Sequence record: NC_023557.1
Reading direction: 5' to 3' (one strand)
Length of the DNA stretch: 64,000 nt
Part shown: positions 26,509-37,601 of the stretch, one piece after another
Layout: each line of letters opens with the position of its first letter
Numbering within the stretch: the stretch's first letter is position 1
Notes under the pieces: generated by a model
What the model was told of the DNA's origin: nothing
Seen by the model: only the letters and a program-made list of their open reading frames with translations
Databases searched by the model: none
Translations under genes and position numbers: made by a program

Positions 26509-27975
26509 ATGTCTATTGATCTGATCGCTTCCTTTATCGACGATTCGGGCAATGTCCCGATGACGGCGCTGACCGTGGTAAAGAAAGAGAACGACGAAGC
26601 CAACGCGCAGCTGCCGAAACAGGTAGCGATGCTGAAAGCCTCTAACGAACGTATCGTTGAACTTCAGTCTGTGATTGAACGTGTGCGCCGTGAAGGTATG
26701 AGCCGTGAAGTCGCCGCGATTGTTGCCTCGATTGCACCCGAAGCGTTGCCGGTTGGCTACGGTGCTGAAGGTTTCACTGAGCAACCCTCAAAGCTTGGGA
26801 TGGCTGCTGGTCTGGAATCGATCACCGCCTATGTGATTGATGGTATCAAACGTCTGATTGCGTTCCTGATTGATAAGGCCAAGAAAGCCGCTGCCTTTAT
26901 TGTGGATCAGTATCGTCGACTGACGGGCATTGCTCCCACTGCGTACAAGATCGATCGTCGTGCTGCTTATCTTACGGCGATGTCTGCCCGGTTTGCTCAG
27001 CACTTCGGTACGGATCTGGCGACTCTGTTAGAGCAGGATATCAATGCCGGCTTTACCAGTATCGAAAGTACTCGCATGGTATTAAGCGGTATGTTTGCTG
27101 ATGCGGAAGTGCTGCAGGCGGATCTGTCTAAATATGGCAAGCACATCAATGTCATGTCCAAACAGATCGAAGCGTTACTGGCAGATGCGCCAGCACGTGT
27201 GGTGCGGGTCAATGCGATTGTTAATGATGTCACGGTATCGCGCAATGGCAGCAACGATCGCAGTGCAGAGATCCTGCGTCTGATCGACACCCGTAACCTC
27301 GATGCCCTGGTCAGTACGTTGCGCAGCGTCAGTAAGTTACTGGTCAGCAGCCCGATGTACAAATCCACTGGCACTGGTAAAGACGGCAAAATCAAACAGA
27401 CTATCCTTGAGCAGTTAAACAGCGATGGTTTCCGTGAGATGATGTCCGGCCTTTCCATGGCTGCTAATGCTGGCATGACCCACACCATGGACATGACCGA
27501 TGCCTCGGCGATCATTCGTTCACGTAATCTGGCTGAGGCTGTTAAAGAGCTCACCAATTACGAAGAAGTGAAGAAGCGTTCATTGGATGACCTCAAGTCT
27601 GCTACTGGTTCGATCAACAGCAACAAATATGTGCAGGCCGCTGAACAGTCACCGGGTGATGACTCGACCATGGCGGCTGTGGTGCAGTTTAACCAATACT
27701 GGGATGATGTCACGACCGCCGTAAAAGTGGCACAGGACATCACCACCGCCTACGCGGAGACGGTATTCAAACTGCAGCTGTTCTCGGTGCGTTGTCAGGA
27801 CCTGGCGCTGGTGCAGTGGTCCGCTAACCCAGCCAATGCCGGTCTGGCAGAAGCCAATGCCGCGACTGAACGTCTGCAGGCAGTGGTCAAGCAGTATCTG
27901 GATAAGGTCGTGAAGAACACCACGGGCTTGAAAGGTGCGCTGGATGACCTCGGCAAACTGGTCAATCAACTGTAA
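26509..27975 (+). CDS. Head/ejection protein with cleavable propeptide
   Basis: GAE87 and GLE103 sites followed by an amphipathic helix. Confidence 0.7.
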   Translation: MSIDLIASFIDDSGNVPMTALTVVKKENDEANAQLPKQVAMLKASNERIVELQSVIERVRREGMSREVAAIVASIAPEALPVGYGAEGFTEQPSKLGMAAGLESITAYVIDGIKRLIAFLIDKAKKAAAFIVDQYRRLTGIAPTAYKIDRRAAYLTAMSARFAQHFGTDLATLLEQDINAGFTSIESTRMVLSGMFADAEVLQADLSKYGKHINVMSKQIEALLADAPARVVRVNAIVNDVTVSRNGSNDRSAEILRLIDTRNLDALVSTLRSVSKLLVSSPMYKSTGTGKDGKIKQTILEQLNSDGFREMMSGLSMAANAGMTHTMDMTDASAIIRSRNLAEAVKELTNYEEVKKRSLDDLKSATGSINSNKYVQAAEQSPGDDSTMAAVVQFNQYWDDVTTAVKVAQDITTAYAETVFKLQLFSVRCQDLALVQWSANPANAGLAEANAATERLQAVVKQYLDKVVKNTTGLKGALDDLGKLVNQL

Positions 27976-27984
27976 GGAAATCGC

Positions 27985-29241
27985 ATGGAATCCACATTAC
28001 TTCAAACGATCAACGAAACCACGGAGTTGTGTGACTCTTTGATTTCGTTGTCACAACGTCTTGAGATGTTGGGTCCCATTGCTGCTGAGTCCGTTAACTT
28101 CGCAAAGATCCACGAATCGATTAACCTGAAGGTGGCGAAGATTGCTGCCTCGATGGAGTCGATTGAGGCTAACGGCATCAACCAGGAGGCAGTGTTAGAA
28201 ATCAATACTGCCATGCCTGGTATCATACCCAACACCATCCCTCTTAATGGATACACCAAAGCCCGCAGTCAGATGAATGTGGGGTTTGCCTTAGAGTCGT
28301 TGGAGTCAGGTAAAGCAGCAATGATCTCCGGTTCAGTAACAGGGATCGTGGCCGTGATCGTTAAACTGTTTCGTTGGGTTGTCATGACCATCAAGCAGTA
28401 TGTCAAATCACGCCGTGATGCGAACCGTCTCGGTGTCTCTGTGACACAAGCGCTGCAACGTGCGGGGACGATCAACGAATACCTGTTAGAGCAGTTGGCG
28501 AAAACCCCTGAAGCCAAAGCCGCTCGTCCGGGCTTTGAATGGCTGGTATCGATCTGGCGTCCGCAGGCTGGGATCTTTAAGTTCAATGAAGATGCACTGG
28601 TGCAGTGGTGGCCAGAGCTCGTCAATGAACTGGAGTACGAATACAACCAGATCAGCAAGGCGTTTGAAACCCTGCGTAGCGGTGGGTCGTTTGTCCCGAA
28701 CATTGCGAAAGCGCATCAGTCACCCTCCATGAAGCGTTTCTTTGAAGCCTTACCGCAAGGGACGGATCGTCAAGGGAACATCGTTGAGGTAGAGCTGGCG
28801 AAGAAGCAGTTTCAGGAGAACCCACAGCGTGCGTTGTTCCAGCTGGCTGAACGTCTGCGCTACATGATCATGCGCGAGCCTAAATCAAAAGGTACTGACT
28901 TTGGGCAAGAGCTGATCTCAGTAGGTCGCAGTATTGAAGCTTACACCAATGTGGATCGTCTGGTGTTTGATCAGCTGAATACCTACGACACCAACAACCG
29001 ATTAGGGAAACTGGAAGAGGCGTTTGGTGCGTTGTATAAGCAAGTCCAAGCCACACGCTACACTGCAGACAAAGCCCTGGTTGATGAGTTCGTGGGTTAC
29101 CTGAACCGTTATTCAGAAAAGCTTAACTGTTTCGTGCAACTGATCACTATTGTGAGTTACCTGGATAGCTGTAGTTTCCAGATCCTTGACAATGTATCCA
29201 AAGCCACCATGAAGTACGTTGATATTGCTGCCAGTAATTAA
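27985..29241 (+). CDS. Head/ejection protein with cleavable propeptide
   Basis: SME58 and ALE104; propeptide similar to that of 26509. Confidence 0.7.
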   Translation: MESTLLQTINETTELCDSLISLSQRLEMLGPIAAESVNFAKIHESINLKVAKIAASMESIEANGINQEAVLEINTAMPGIIPNTIPLNGYTKARSQMNVGFALESLESGKAAMISGSVTGIVAVIVKLFRWVVMTIKQYVKSRRDANRLGVSVTQALQRAGTINEYLLEQLAKTPEAKAARPGFEWLVSIWRPQAGIFKFNEDALVQWWPELVNELEYEYNQISKAFETLRSGGSFVPNIAKAHQSPSMKRFFEALPQGTDRQGNIVEVELAKKQFQENPQRALFQLAERLRYMIMREPKSKGTDFGQELISVGRSIEAYTNVDRLVFDQLNTYDTNNRLGKLEEAFGALYKQVQATRYTADKALVDEFVGYLNRYSEKLNCFVQLITIVSYLDSCSFQILDNVSKATMKYVDIAASN

Positions 29242-29243
29242 AT

Positions 29244-29295
29244 CGGCATAAAGGCCTGGCCCTCCGCAAGGAAGGCCAGAGCCTTGCTTATGCCG
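29244..29295. terminator. Bidirectional terminator CGGCATAA-stem-TTATGCCG
   Basis: GCAA-loop stem at a convergent junction; the right arm includes the stop codon of the minus gene. Confidence 0.8.
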
Positions 29296-32245
29296 TTAAG
29301 CTTGACTTCGCTGAGGTATGTTTCAGGAAGGTAATGGAAATGTCTTCTTTCACCGTTAAGGTTTCATCCGACGCCACGTCTACCCGTTTCTTGATAGCAC
29401 ACCGCATGGTATCATCTAGCGCGGTCATGACTTTGATGTCACCGTTCACCCCGAGTGCTTTAAACTCGATATCAACCACATCCGACGTTCGATACGGTTT
29501 CAGCGCATCAACCAGATCTGTCAGACCAAATGTTGCCCGGGCAATCACTGCGGCAATCGCTGGGCTCACTTTCGCTGACAGGTTGTCACGCAATGAGGTG
29601 TTCTTGTAACCGTTGTCGGTCATGTAGAAGGTTACGTCAAAACCAATCGCGGCGGAGATCTGACGAGACTCTCGTGCATTGGCAATCACATCGATCAAGC
29701 CCAGGGTTTGTTTCGGTCGCAACGACACCGTGGTCTTCTCAAGCAACTGCCGCTTCACCGTGACCATGTCCTCTGTCACCCAATCAACCAGATCAGAGAT
29801 CACATCGGTGATGTATGTCTTGTCCAGCGGATTACCGGTAAAGTAGTAGACACCATCCAGACCCACCACATCGATCTCACGCACCACCACACGTTCATTA
29901 AGCGGGATAGGGTTCCCTTGCTCATCCGACTTAATGTCACCCACCCGATAACGATAGATGATGTTGTTATCAGCGTCATACATGATGTCGCCTTTGGCGT
30001 GCAGGATGATCGGTTGGTTGTTGCTGTCAAACACCAGTTGGTTAGTGACCGCATCACGCTGATACACCGTCTCTGCATAGCGCCATGGCACATCGACATC
30101 GTACTTCTGATACTCGATGTCAGACACCACTGAACGCGAACGCTGATACAGATAGGTCAGGGCTTTGCCCATCACCACATCGTAGGACTGCTCCGTCACC
30201 ACCACGAACTGCTGATCCAGGTAGAAACTCCCCAGCTTCTTATCGCTGTCGCTGTACACCACATCGTTCGGTGATTTGGCCACGGCAATACAGTTTAGCA
30301 GGATGAAGTTCTTTTCCAGTACCGAGCGCAACTTAGACGGTGCATTACCAAACTGACCAAAGGAGGTCAGGATGATCTCGTCCTCGTTGGTGATGTCGAG
30401 ATTACTGTCAATGTCAAACTGCCAGACACGTTCGCGGGTTGCTGTCCGACCGATCATCACGCCATTGAGGTAGCCGTAGTTGCTTTCCCCTTCTGGCATG
30501 AACAGTAACTGACACGCCACATCGCTGTCTGCCAGGTCTTTGTAGTAATCACCTGAACTTGTCACCACGGTTGCTCTAAAGCCATTGGTGGTTTTGGTAA
30601 AGGTAAAACTGTCCGCCACAAGTTCAACACCGATGGAGTTGTTCTCATAGCTGAATACCCGACCTGCTACAGAAGGACGATCCAGATCATAGACCCGAGT
30701 GGTAAACGCATCGTTATTCGCATCCAGCACCATGTAGAAAGGTGAGAACATGAACACGTTGTTGTTGACCGTCAAGGCACGACTGTCTAATCCCGCGCCG
30801 TTGATCGTGGCCAGTTCCGCATCTGATACCATGTTGTAGATACCGTTGACCAGCCGGTATAAGGCGGTCGGGGTGATGGTGATGCGATTGCCGTTGTCAC
30901 GCACTGCGGTATTACTGACCAACTGCAACATCGATGACTGCAGGGTAATGATCCCGGTACCGGCCGGCGTGTTGATACCAGACTTGTTGGTCTGCGGATT
31001 CAGTGACCGTGTCGCATGGTAAATACGTTGCGTCACTGTGTCTTCTGATTTCAATGCCCCGTAGCCTAAATCGACCAGGGTTTGTGAGACCTGCGCTTCA
31101 GTAATCGGTAAGACCGTTTTATTGGCCGAATAGATCACCGCTTCCCGCAACGCTTCAACACTGAGACCGTTCACCCCACCGCTGACACCGCTGCTGATCG
31201 ACATGGTCTTTTCATTAAAGACGGTCAATGGGGTAGAGTACTTATCCAACACCCGATCTTCGTAATTGAAGTCACGGTAGACCGCACTGATTGAAGAAGA
31301 CTGCAGCGCCAGCGTTTCGATAACCAGGTTACCTTTACTGGTGTAGACATCCGCCCGCACCTGACGACCCACTGCCAGATTGTTGGAGATGTAGATTTCC
31401 GGTAGCACAACCTTCACTGAGTCTTCTAACACCTGGGCGACGAAGGTCAGCTTGGTGTTGTCATAGACCAGGTCATCGTGGGTGACGTACGCCTCTTCCC
31501 ACTCATCGGTGACATTCGCCCGTGTAAAGACACGCAGGTAATAGAACTGATCACCTTTTAATGGATAGGTATTGCGATACCCACTCATGCTGGTAATCTG
31601 ACCGTAATAAGGCTGGGCTTTGAACTGACGTAAAGGTACCGTGATGTAGAGCAGTTCAACCCCGTTGAAGATCGCAGTGCGCCAGGTTAACTGGTTGGTT
31701 TCAACCGTCAGTAACGGGCTGGGTTGCGACACATCGTACACCACCACAAACCCGCCATGTTTCATCACCCGGATTTCAATCGGATACTCCAGACTGAAGG
31801 TGACATCCATCACCGTGATTTCCGTGTTGCGCGGAATCACCATCTTCGAGTAGATGCTGTCGATGTCATCGCTACCACTGCTGTCGAGTTGCACCGCTCG
31901 TGCCCGAATCTCATCGGCATTGAAAATGAAGTTGGTGGTGATACGTGACGGAGTACAGAAACGGTTCTTGTAATCCTCATCACTCATGTTGCGATACAGA
32001 TCTTCATACGTCCGCGCCATCTTCGGGTAGTACGCGGTATAAAGGTCTTCATGGTTTTGCATCACTGCTGAACCGGTCAGGGCAACCAGCTCAAAAGCAA
32101 ACATCGCAGGGTTGGTGGCATTCATGATATCAATCGTGCCGTCCATGTTTTGGTCTAACAGATCGAGTGTGTAGTCCATCATCAACGATGGATCATTACG
32201 CAGGTCGATCATTTTCTGTTTACGTACGTCGATGCTGTCGCTCAT
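29288..32245 (-). CDS. Baseplate wedge-like virion protein (T4 gp6/baseplate J-like)
   Basis: 985 aa; SGGVNGLSVEALRE..PIT resembles the gp6/J motif GG.D.E...LR; position in the phiKZ-like structural block. Confidence 0.6.
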   Translation of the reverse strand: MSDSIDVRKQKMIDLRNDPSLMMDYTLDLLDQNMDGTIDIMNATNPAMFAFELVALTGSAVMQNHEDLYTAYYPKMARTYEDLYRNMSDEDYKNRFCTPSRITTNFIFNADEIRARAVQLDSSGSDDIDSIYSKMVIPRNTEITVMDVTFSLEYPIEIRVMKHGGFVVVYDVSQPSPLLTVETNQLTWRTAIFNGVELLYITVPLRQFKAQPYYGQITSMSGYRNTYPLKGDQFYYLRVFTRANVTDEWEEAYVTHDDLVYDNTKLTFVAQVLEDSVKVVLPEIYISNNLAVGRQVRADVYTSKGNLVIETLALQSSSISAVYRDFNYEDRVLDKYSTPLTVFNEKTMSISSGVSGGVNGLSVEALREAVIYSANKTVLPITEAQVSQTLVDLGYGALKSEDTVTQRIYHATRSLNPQTNKSGINTPAGTGIITLQSSMLQLVSNTAVRDNGNRITITPTALYRLVNGIYNMVSDAELATINGAGLDSRALTVNNNVFMFSPFYMVLDANNDAFTTRVYDLDRPSVAGRVFSYENNSIGVELVADSFTFTKTTNGFRATVVTSSGDYYKDLADSDVACQLLFMPEGESNYGYLNGVMIGRTATRERVWQFDIDSNLDITNEDEIILTSFGQFGNAPSKLRSVLEKNFILLNCIAVAKSPNDVVYSDSDKKLGSFYLDQQFVVVTEQSYDVVMGKALTYLYQRSRSVVSDIEYQKYDVDVPWRYAETVYQRDAVTNQLVFDSNNQPIILHAKGDIMYDADNNIIYRYRVGDIKSDEQGNPIPLNERVVVREIDVVGLDGVYYFTGNPLDKTYITDVISDLVDWVTEDMVTVKRQLLEKTTVSLRPKQTLGLIDVIANARESRQISAAIGFDVTFYMTDNGYKNTSLRDNLSAKVSPAIAAVIARATFGLTDLVDALKPYRTSDVVDIEFKALGVNGDIKVMTALDDTMRCAIKKRVDVASDETLTVKEDISITFLKHTSAKSSLTA

Positions 32246-32254
32246 CGTAGCCTC

Positions 32255-33280
32255 TTATTTTTGATCCTTCGGAACCCACCACTGGAATTCGTTCGTCATC
32301 ACGTCGATATAAGGATAACCAATAAAGTTGTAGCGCTGCATTTCACCCGGGGAGATTTTGCGGAAGAACGTGTTACGGTTCGCGGCTTTCATCTGCGGGT
32401 TAAATAACTCGACACAACTGTTGAAATCCAGGATCAGGGATTGCGTGTTATAGCGCCAGCCCACACACTGCCAGTTACAACTGATTTGGTTATTGTTCTT
32501 GATCAGTGGGGTGTCTTTGGTGGTGCCAAAGTCAAACGCATTACCAATCGGGTTGGTGGTACAGATTGCTGCGTAGGGTGCACCGATCTTCGTCACATAG
32601 CGTGAAGTCTGATCCAGGATGATGCGATAGAAGCGCATGGTGTAATCAATATAGTTGTTAACAATGGCGTCCCAATAGGGAACCATGTCGCCAAGGTATA
32701 CCGATGAGCTGTACGTTTGCAGCAGATCCAGAATCATGGTGATCGGGTCACCTGAGATGTTGGTGTGCGTTGATGTCACCTGATAGGCTTCATTAAACTC
32801 CGATTGCCCATCGACCATCGACCAGGTTTCTTTACGTGAGCCTGGTGGTGCAGTAAAGGTATCGATCACGATATCGGGAAAACCGGTCATCGATTCCAGG
32901 GTGTTTGATAAAATGGACACGAAGGCCTGTTGGTTATCAAACAGTCTGGAGTAGCTTTTTCGATCAATTGTGCCGGTCGCATCAAACATCGAACGGATCG
33001 CACCTGGGATCGTATCGGCGTTGTTTGAAGCAAGCGAAAGCAGCTTTTCTTGTCGATTCAGATTATCGTATGACAGGTTAAGGATTGGGCGTGTGAAAAA
33101 GGTATACCCCATGACGTCTTTGTTGATGGGTAGAAAGGCGCTACGGTTACTGAATTTGTTCAAACCCCAATAGTTATGCGCAAGCGATGAGGTTACACTA
33201 CCATACCCGGACTCCCTTGCAGCCGAGTCAATACTCTCGGTCCACAACCCAGGATTGTAGTCGTCATTGTCATTGGCCAT
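32255..33280 (-). CDS. Virion structural protein, possibly tube-fold baseplate component
   Basis: YTFFTRPILNL motif; co-transcribed with the wedge gene. Confidence 0.5.
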   Translation of the reverse strand: MANDNDDYNPGLWTESIDSAARESGYGSVTSSLAHNYWGLNKFSNRSAFLPINKDVMGYTFFTRPILNLSYDNLNRQEKLLSLASNNADTIPGAIRSMFDATGTIDRKSYSRLFDNQQAFVSILSNTLESMTGFPDIVIDTFTAPPGSRKETWSMVDGQSEFNEAYQVTSTHTNISGDPITMILDLLQTYSSSVYLGDMVPYWDAIVNNYIDYTMRFYRIILDQTSRYVTKIGAPYAAICTTNPIGNAFDFGTTKDTPLIKNNNQISCNWQCVGWRYNTQSLILDFNSCVELFNPQMKAANRNTFFRKISPGEMQRYNFIGYPYIDVMTNEFQWWVPKDQK

Positions 33281-33333
33281 TACTCATCACCTCTTTGAAA
33301 TAGAATATCCGTTGAATCCATAGGAGTACTTTT

Positions 33334-34500
33334 ATGTTACCATTAGTTACGGGGGCGATTACACTGGCCAGTTCGCTTGCGCTTGTCGCCGAACGTATTC
33401 TGGCAGCCAAGAAAGCTGCTGGTGAAGTCGCTGGTACTGTTGACAATACGTTGGCCACGTTAGGCCAGATGGGCACACGTGATTTGGTAACCTTTACCAA
33501 AGTGACCCGCATGGAGCCTCTGGTGTTGTTAGATGATCGTTTGAAGTTTGATCCTTCGACCCCGGAGATCCTGCAAGTACTGACCAGTTTGATTGCCGGC
33601 TACTATACCCAGGCGTTTGCCCTGCTGGGCCAGGTCGACGGTATTGACGTCATTGGCACCCTGGATAAGCTGAACCCGTCACGTACTGGTATTGGTCTGA
33701 ACAACTTTGAAGGTGATCTTGAGAAAGACGGCCTCCATAAATTTAGTAACCAGTCAAATACCCCTCTCTATAGTATCGGGCTGGAAGCACTGACTGAAGT
33801 GCAGAGCGCCGAGAACAAGCCGGTTAAAATCCAGACCGATAAAAATGTCGTGGCTGATATTTCGGCACCGACTAACCTGGCGCTGGGTAAGATGATCAAG
33901 GTGACCTTGTCAGCTAATGGCAACACCATTGAGATCCCAATCACCATCCGTGTGAAACCTGTCACTACCGGTAGCGATGCCGTTACGGCGATTCTGGCTA
34001 TTGGTACCACGAAGAACACCGTGGCTGAGCGCTGGAACCGTTTCAAAGCCGGTGAGCTGACCTTCACTAACCTGGCCACTGGTGATGACGTGATTCGTCA
34101 ACACAAGAAGATCCTGGTGCAGGATACCTCTGGCTTCTATGCCGAGATCACCCGTCGTGCCCGTGGTAATGCGAAGAAAGGTGCCCTGTCCGGTAACCTG
34201 TCGCTGGCTACGGATTCTAACGTGGTAATGATCTCTTCAGCCACGGCGCTGGATGTGGGTCGCGAGCTCGGTGGTGAACTGTCCAACTTCCGTATCCGTG
34301 AAGCGATGTTCGCCAAGGTGTACTCTAACATGCTGATCATCGTGGATGACCTGCGTGGCATGGTCTCCTTCTACTACCGCGGTGAGTCATTACCAAACGT
34401 ACTGTCGCTGCAGGATATCAAACTGTATAACAAAGGCAGCGGTCCAGACATCATGTCGATCTTCAGTGCGTTTGCTGAAAACAAAATCCCTTCCCTTTAA
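33334..34500 (+). CDS. Head/inner-body protein (phiKZ gp89-like by synteny)
   Basis: GGAG RBS; GLE site (SIGLEAL); first gene of the head paralog block. Confidence 0.6.
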   Translation: MLPLVTGAITLASSLALVAERILAAKKAAGEVAGTVDNTLATLGQMGTRDLVTFTKVTRMEPLVLLDDRLKFDPSTPEILQVLTSLIAGYYTQAFALLGQVDGIDVIGTLDKLNPSRTGIGLNNFEGDLEKDGLHKFSNQSNTPLYSIGLEALTEVQSAENKPVKIQTDKNVVADISAPTNLALGKMIKVTLSANGNTIEIPITIRVKPVTTGSDAVTAILAIGTTKNTVAERWNRFKAGELTFTNLATGDDVIRQHKKILVQDTSGFYAEITRRARGNAKKGALSGNLSLATDSNVVMISSATALDVGRELGGELSNFRIREAMFAKVYSNMLIIVDDLRGMVSFYYRGESLPNVLSLQDIKLYNKGSGPDIMSIFSAFAENKIPSL

Positions 34501-34512
34501 GGATCTCGTTCG

Positions 34513-35406
34513 ATGAACATTTTTAACTACGTCAAAGGCCTGATTGGTACGGTTGACAAACGCGATGTCCTAAGCGAGATCGATGCCCTGCGTGATGAGC
34601 TCACCCGGTTCACCATTAACAACTATGCGAAAGCCATGGATGTTAATGTCAACACCGACGGCAGTAATTACTACGTAAAACAGATCAGTCGTGAATTCGC
34701 GAAAGTGAAACAGGTTGAAGGTTTACGTGGTCAGAACCTGATCGCTCAGACGTACATCTCCTTAAAGCAGCTGACCCTGACCCTGGAGTGGATGCGCAAA
34801 CAGGTTGAGCGTGAGTACGGCGGTCGTATTGCCCGTGAAGCCGTTGACTTTAAACAAGCCAACTTCCTGCGCTATATCGACTCGATCGACTTCTACCTGC
34901 GTTACGCTCGCTCCATGCTGCTCGTGGTGACGTCCCTGAATGCTAACCCATCAGCGGATATCACTAAAGGCTTCACGGTGCATGAGATCCGTTTCCTGAC
35001 CGATACTGCCGTGCACTTCATCTACCTGACCTCGCTGTTCTCACAGCCGGTGAGTGTGACTGAGAAAGTGTTCGATGCGGTGCCATCGGTTGTGGTCTCC
35101 GATGCGGATCAGCAAGCGATCGAAGCAGTACTGGGTAACAAGACCGATGTGGCGAGGTCTAACTTCATCCCACTGGGTTACAACCCGTTCTTCCTGATTG
35201 GTCGTCTGCGTGCTGAACGTCGTGTGAAACGCCTGCGGGCAGCTGAAGCGGCAGCCATTGCCACTGAGCTGACCTTGAGCAAGCTCATGGACAAACAAGC
35301 AGGCGGGTCAGAAGACCCCACCATTCAGAAACAAATTGATCATTATCAGAATCAGTTGAACCGACTGAACTTTGAGATCGATCAGATCAAATCCGAAGTC
35401 GAGTAA
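34513..35406 (+). CDS. Head/inner-body protein (phiKZ gp90-like by synteny)
   Basis: 297 aa helical protein with C-terminal coiled coil. Confidence 0.55.
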   Translation: MNIFNYVKGLIGTVDKRDVLSEIDALRDELTRFTINNYAKAMDVNVNTDGSNYYVKQISREFAKVKQVEGLRGQNLIAQTYISLKQLTLTLEWMRKQVEREYGGRIAREAVDFKQANFLRYIDSIDFYLRYARSMLLVVTSLNANPSADITKGFTVHEIRFLTDTAVHFIYLTSLFSQPVSVTEKVFDAVPSVVVSDADQQAIEAVLGNKTDVARSNFIPLGYNPFFLIGRLRAERRVKRLRAAEAAAIATELTLSKLMDKQAGGSEDPTIQKQIDHYQNQLNRLNFEIDQIKSEVE

Positions 35407-35416
35407 GGAGTCCGTC

Positions 35417-35956
35417 ATGGCAGATCGTGTTAGTACTGGTGCAGAGATTATCTACGGCACCGGCTTTACCTCCCATGGCGGTCCAGGACAGCAAGGCGTA
35501 AAGATCAACGTCGACAACAACGTCATTGATCTTTACCAGCGTTTGGCAGGCAACATCACGCTCGCCGGTAACTTTAACTTCCGAAAAGAAGTGTGTGTTA
35601 CTGCTGCACGACTGTTACTGCCATTGCCAAACTGGCTCCTGGCCACCCGTAGTAATTACCTGCACTCCAAACACGCGCTGTTGTTCGCCCGTGACCTGGG
35701 GTTGATTGCGATGGGTAAGAGTCCGGACATGAGTGTGATGACGCGCATGCGTCTGTTTTCACCCAGTTCTGTGAAGTCCAACCCGGGTGAGCTGAATGCG
35801 TCGAATTACGATGCACTCTCGTTGATCCCTAATAAGTTCATTGATGAGCTGCGTACCTATTCCAATGGTGCACAGCTGGCTAACCTGACCCGCGACGCAC
35901 AGCATGTGAAAGACCTGGTCACGTCATTATATGTCATGTTTGGTTCTGTTGAATAA
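35417..35956 (+). CDS. Putative virion protein
   Basis: AAGGAG RBS before ATG 35417. Confidence 0.7.
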   Translation: MADRVSTGAEIIYGTGFTSHGGPGQQGVKINVDNNVIDLYQRLAGNITLAGNFNFRKEVCVTAARLLLPLPNWLLATRSNYLHSKHALLFARDLGLIAMGKSPDMSVMTRMRLFSPSSVKSNPGELNASNYDALSLIPNKFIDELRTYSNGAQLANLTRDAQHVKDLVTSLYVMFGSVE

Positions 35957-35993
35957 CAGGCCTCAAAATCGGAATGTAGAGGATACGTAAAAA

Positions 35994-37583
35994 ATGAGTA
36001 AAGCATACCTCCATACCCTGCTGACTGCAGGTAATGAAGCGTTTGATGCAGCCGGCGAACCAGTGGGTGTGACTGTGGTTGATGCCCCGATCGAAGTGCC
36101 TGTTGTTGCAGACCCAGCAGTTGAGCCAGAAGCCCCAGCGGTAACTGATGCGCCAGTGGTTACGCAGGACCCGGTTGAGCCTGATCCAGAACCAGCAGCG
36201 GTCGTCGTTGCCATCAACGAAGATGAGAAAGAGCTGGTCATTGCGTCTACTGAAGCGGCTGCGGCCGAAGTGGTTGTGATCGAATCTGATTGCGCGCTGG
36301 AAGAAGTCGAAGACCTGCTGGACGACCAGATCCAGGTTGTGGCGGAAACTGAAAACATCGTCGCCTCTATGGAATCGTTCGTCGGTTCTGCGATGACCAT
36401 GCAGGATGCGCAAGCCCTGCAGCAGTGGGTGCATAACGCCACCCGTGGTCAGTATGATCAAGCTAAAGTTGTCGGCTCTCTGGAAGCGTTCGGTAACGAC
36501 GTCTCTACCGATGATGCGCTGAACGCTGGCCTGGAAGGGATCGGCGAGTTCCTGAAAGCTGCCCGTAATAAAGCAGCTGATCTGCGTAAAGTCATGGTTG
36601 CACGCTGGAACGCTTTCTTCAAAGATGTGTTCGTAGGCTTTGATAAAGTTGCACGTCGTGCTGATGCGCTGGGTAAACTGGCGAAAGGTACTTCAGGCGA
36701 ATCCAACTCCTCTACTATTCAGCTGCCGCTGGATACGGCCTGGCGTCTGGTGAAAGATGGTAAGGTTTCTCAGAACCTGCCGAAAGATCTGGGTGACCTG
36801 GGTAAATTTGCCAAGGCGGTCTTTAAAGACAACCCGGAAGCGCTGCTGGTGCATCGTAAGAAACTGGTTGACATCGCTGTTCGTCTGTCTACTGCTGACT
36901 ATGACGACGCACTGAAGATCGGCAAAGAGCTGGTGAACTTCGAACTGCCAAGCGTTGGCGTGTGCAAAACCAAAGTGGTCAACAACTCCAACACGGTTGA
37001 TGTGTATCGCTCTGATGAGTTCCTGGGTGCGCTGTCTATTTTCTATTGCAAGCCTGTTGACAAAATCAATGCGCAGTTACCACTGCCGCGTCAGCTGTCT
37101 GACAAGTTCAACTCCATCATCGCGATCGATGTGAGCGTGTCTGAAACCGGTAAGAAAACACCGAAGCTGGATGTCTCTATTGATACCCTGCAGCCGGCTG
37201 AAATCGCCAAAGTGGCTGATGATGTTAACGCTATCCTGGGTGACATCCGTCAGTACCGCACCAACTACGGTGAGTGGTATGCTGCGAACAGCGATCTGGA
37301 TCGTGTGATCGGTATCCTGGCGAACGTACCGTGGTCTGGCGATGCTGGCACCACTACTGTCGACAGCACCACTGATGCCGAGGGTAACACCTCAACCATC
37401 GTGAACATCATCGGTCTGAACCGCGACCTGGCGGATGTGATTGAAGGCATGCATGACATGTATAGCTACCTGTCTGTGAGCCCGATCCGTGTCCTGTCTG
37501 CTGAACTGCTGCCAATCCTGAACCGTGCACTGGAAGTGGGTGAACGTTCTCTGGCAACCTACAGCGACAACAACCTGGCGTAA
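35994..37583 (+). CDS. Head paralog family protein (phiKZ gp93-like family)
   Basis: Acidic propeptide with GNE, SME, SLE and GLE sites; highly biased codon use. Confidence 0.75.
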   Translation: MSKAYLHTLLTAGNEAFDAAGEPVGVTVVDAPIEVPVVADPAVEPEAPAVTDAPVVTQDPVEPDPEPAAVVVAINEDEKELVIASTEAAAAEVVVIESDCALEEVEDLLDDQIQVVAETENIVASMESFVGSAMTMQDAQALQQWVHNATRGQYDQAKVVGSLEAFGNDVSTDDALNAGLEGIGEFLKAARNKAADLRKVMVARWNAFFKDVFVGFDKVARRADALGKLAKGTSGESNSSTIQLPLDTAWRLVKDGKVSQNLPKDLGDLGKFAKAVFKDNPEALLVHRKKLVDIAVRLSTADYDDALKIGKELVNFELPSVGVCKTKVVNNSNTVDVYRSDEFLGALSIFYCKPVDKINAQLPLPRQLSDKFNSIIAIDVSVSETGKKTPKLDVSIDTLQPAEIAKVADDVNAILGDIRQYRTNYGEWYAANSDLDRVIGILANVPWSGDAGTTTVDSTTDAEGNTSTIVNIIGLNRDLADVIEGMHDMYSYLSVSPIRVLSAELLPILNRALEVGERSLATYSDNNLA

Positions 37584-37601
37584 CCGTCATAAGGCAAAGA
37601 G

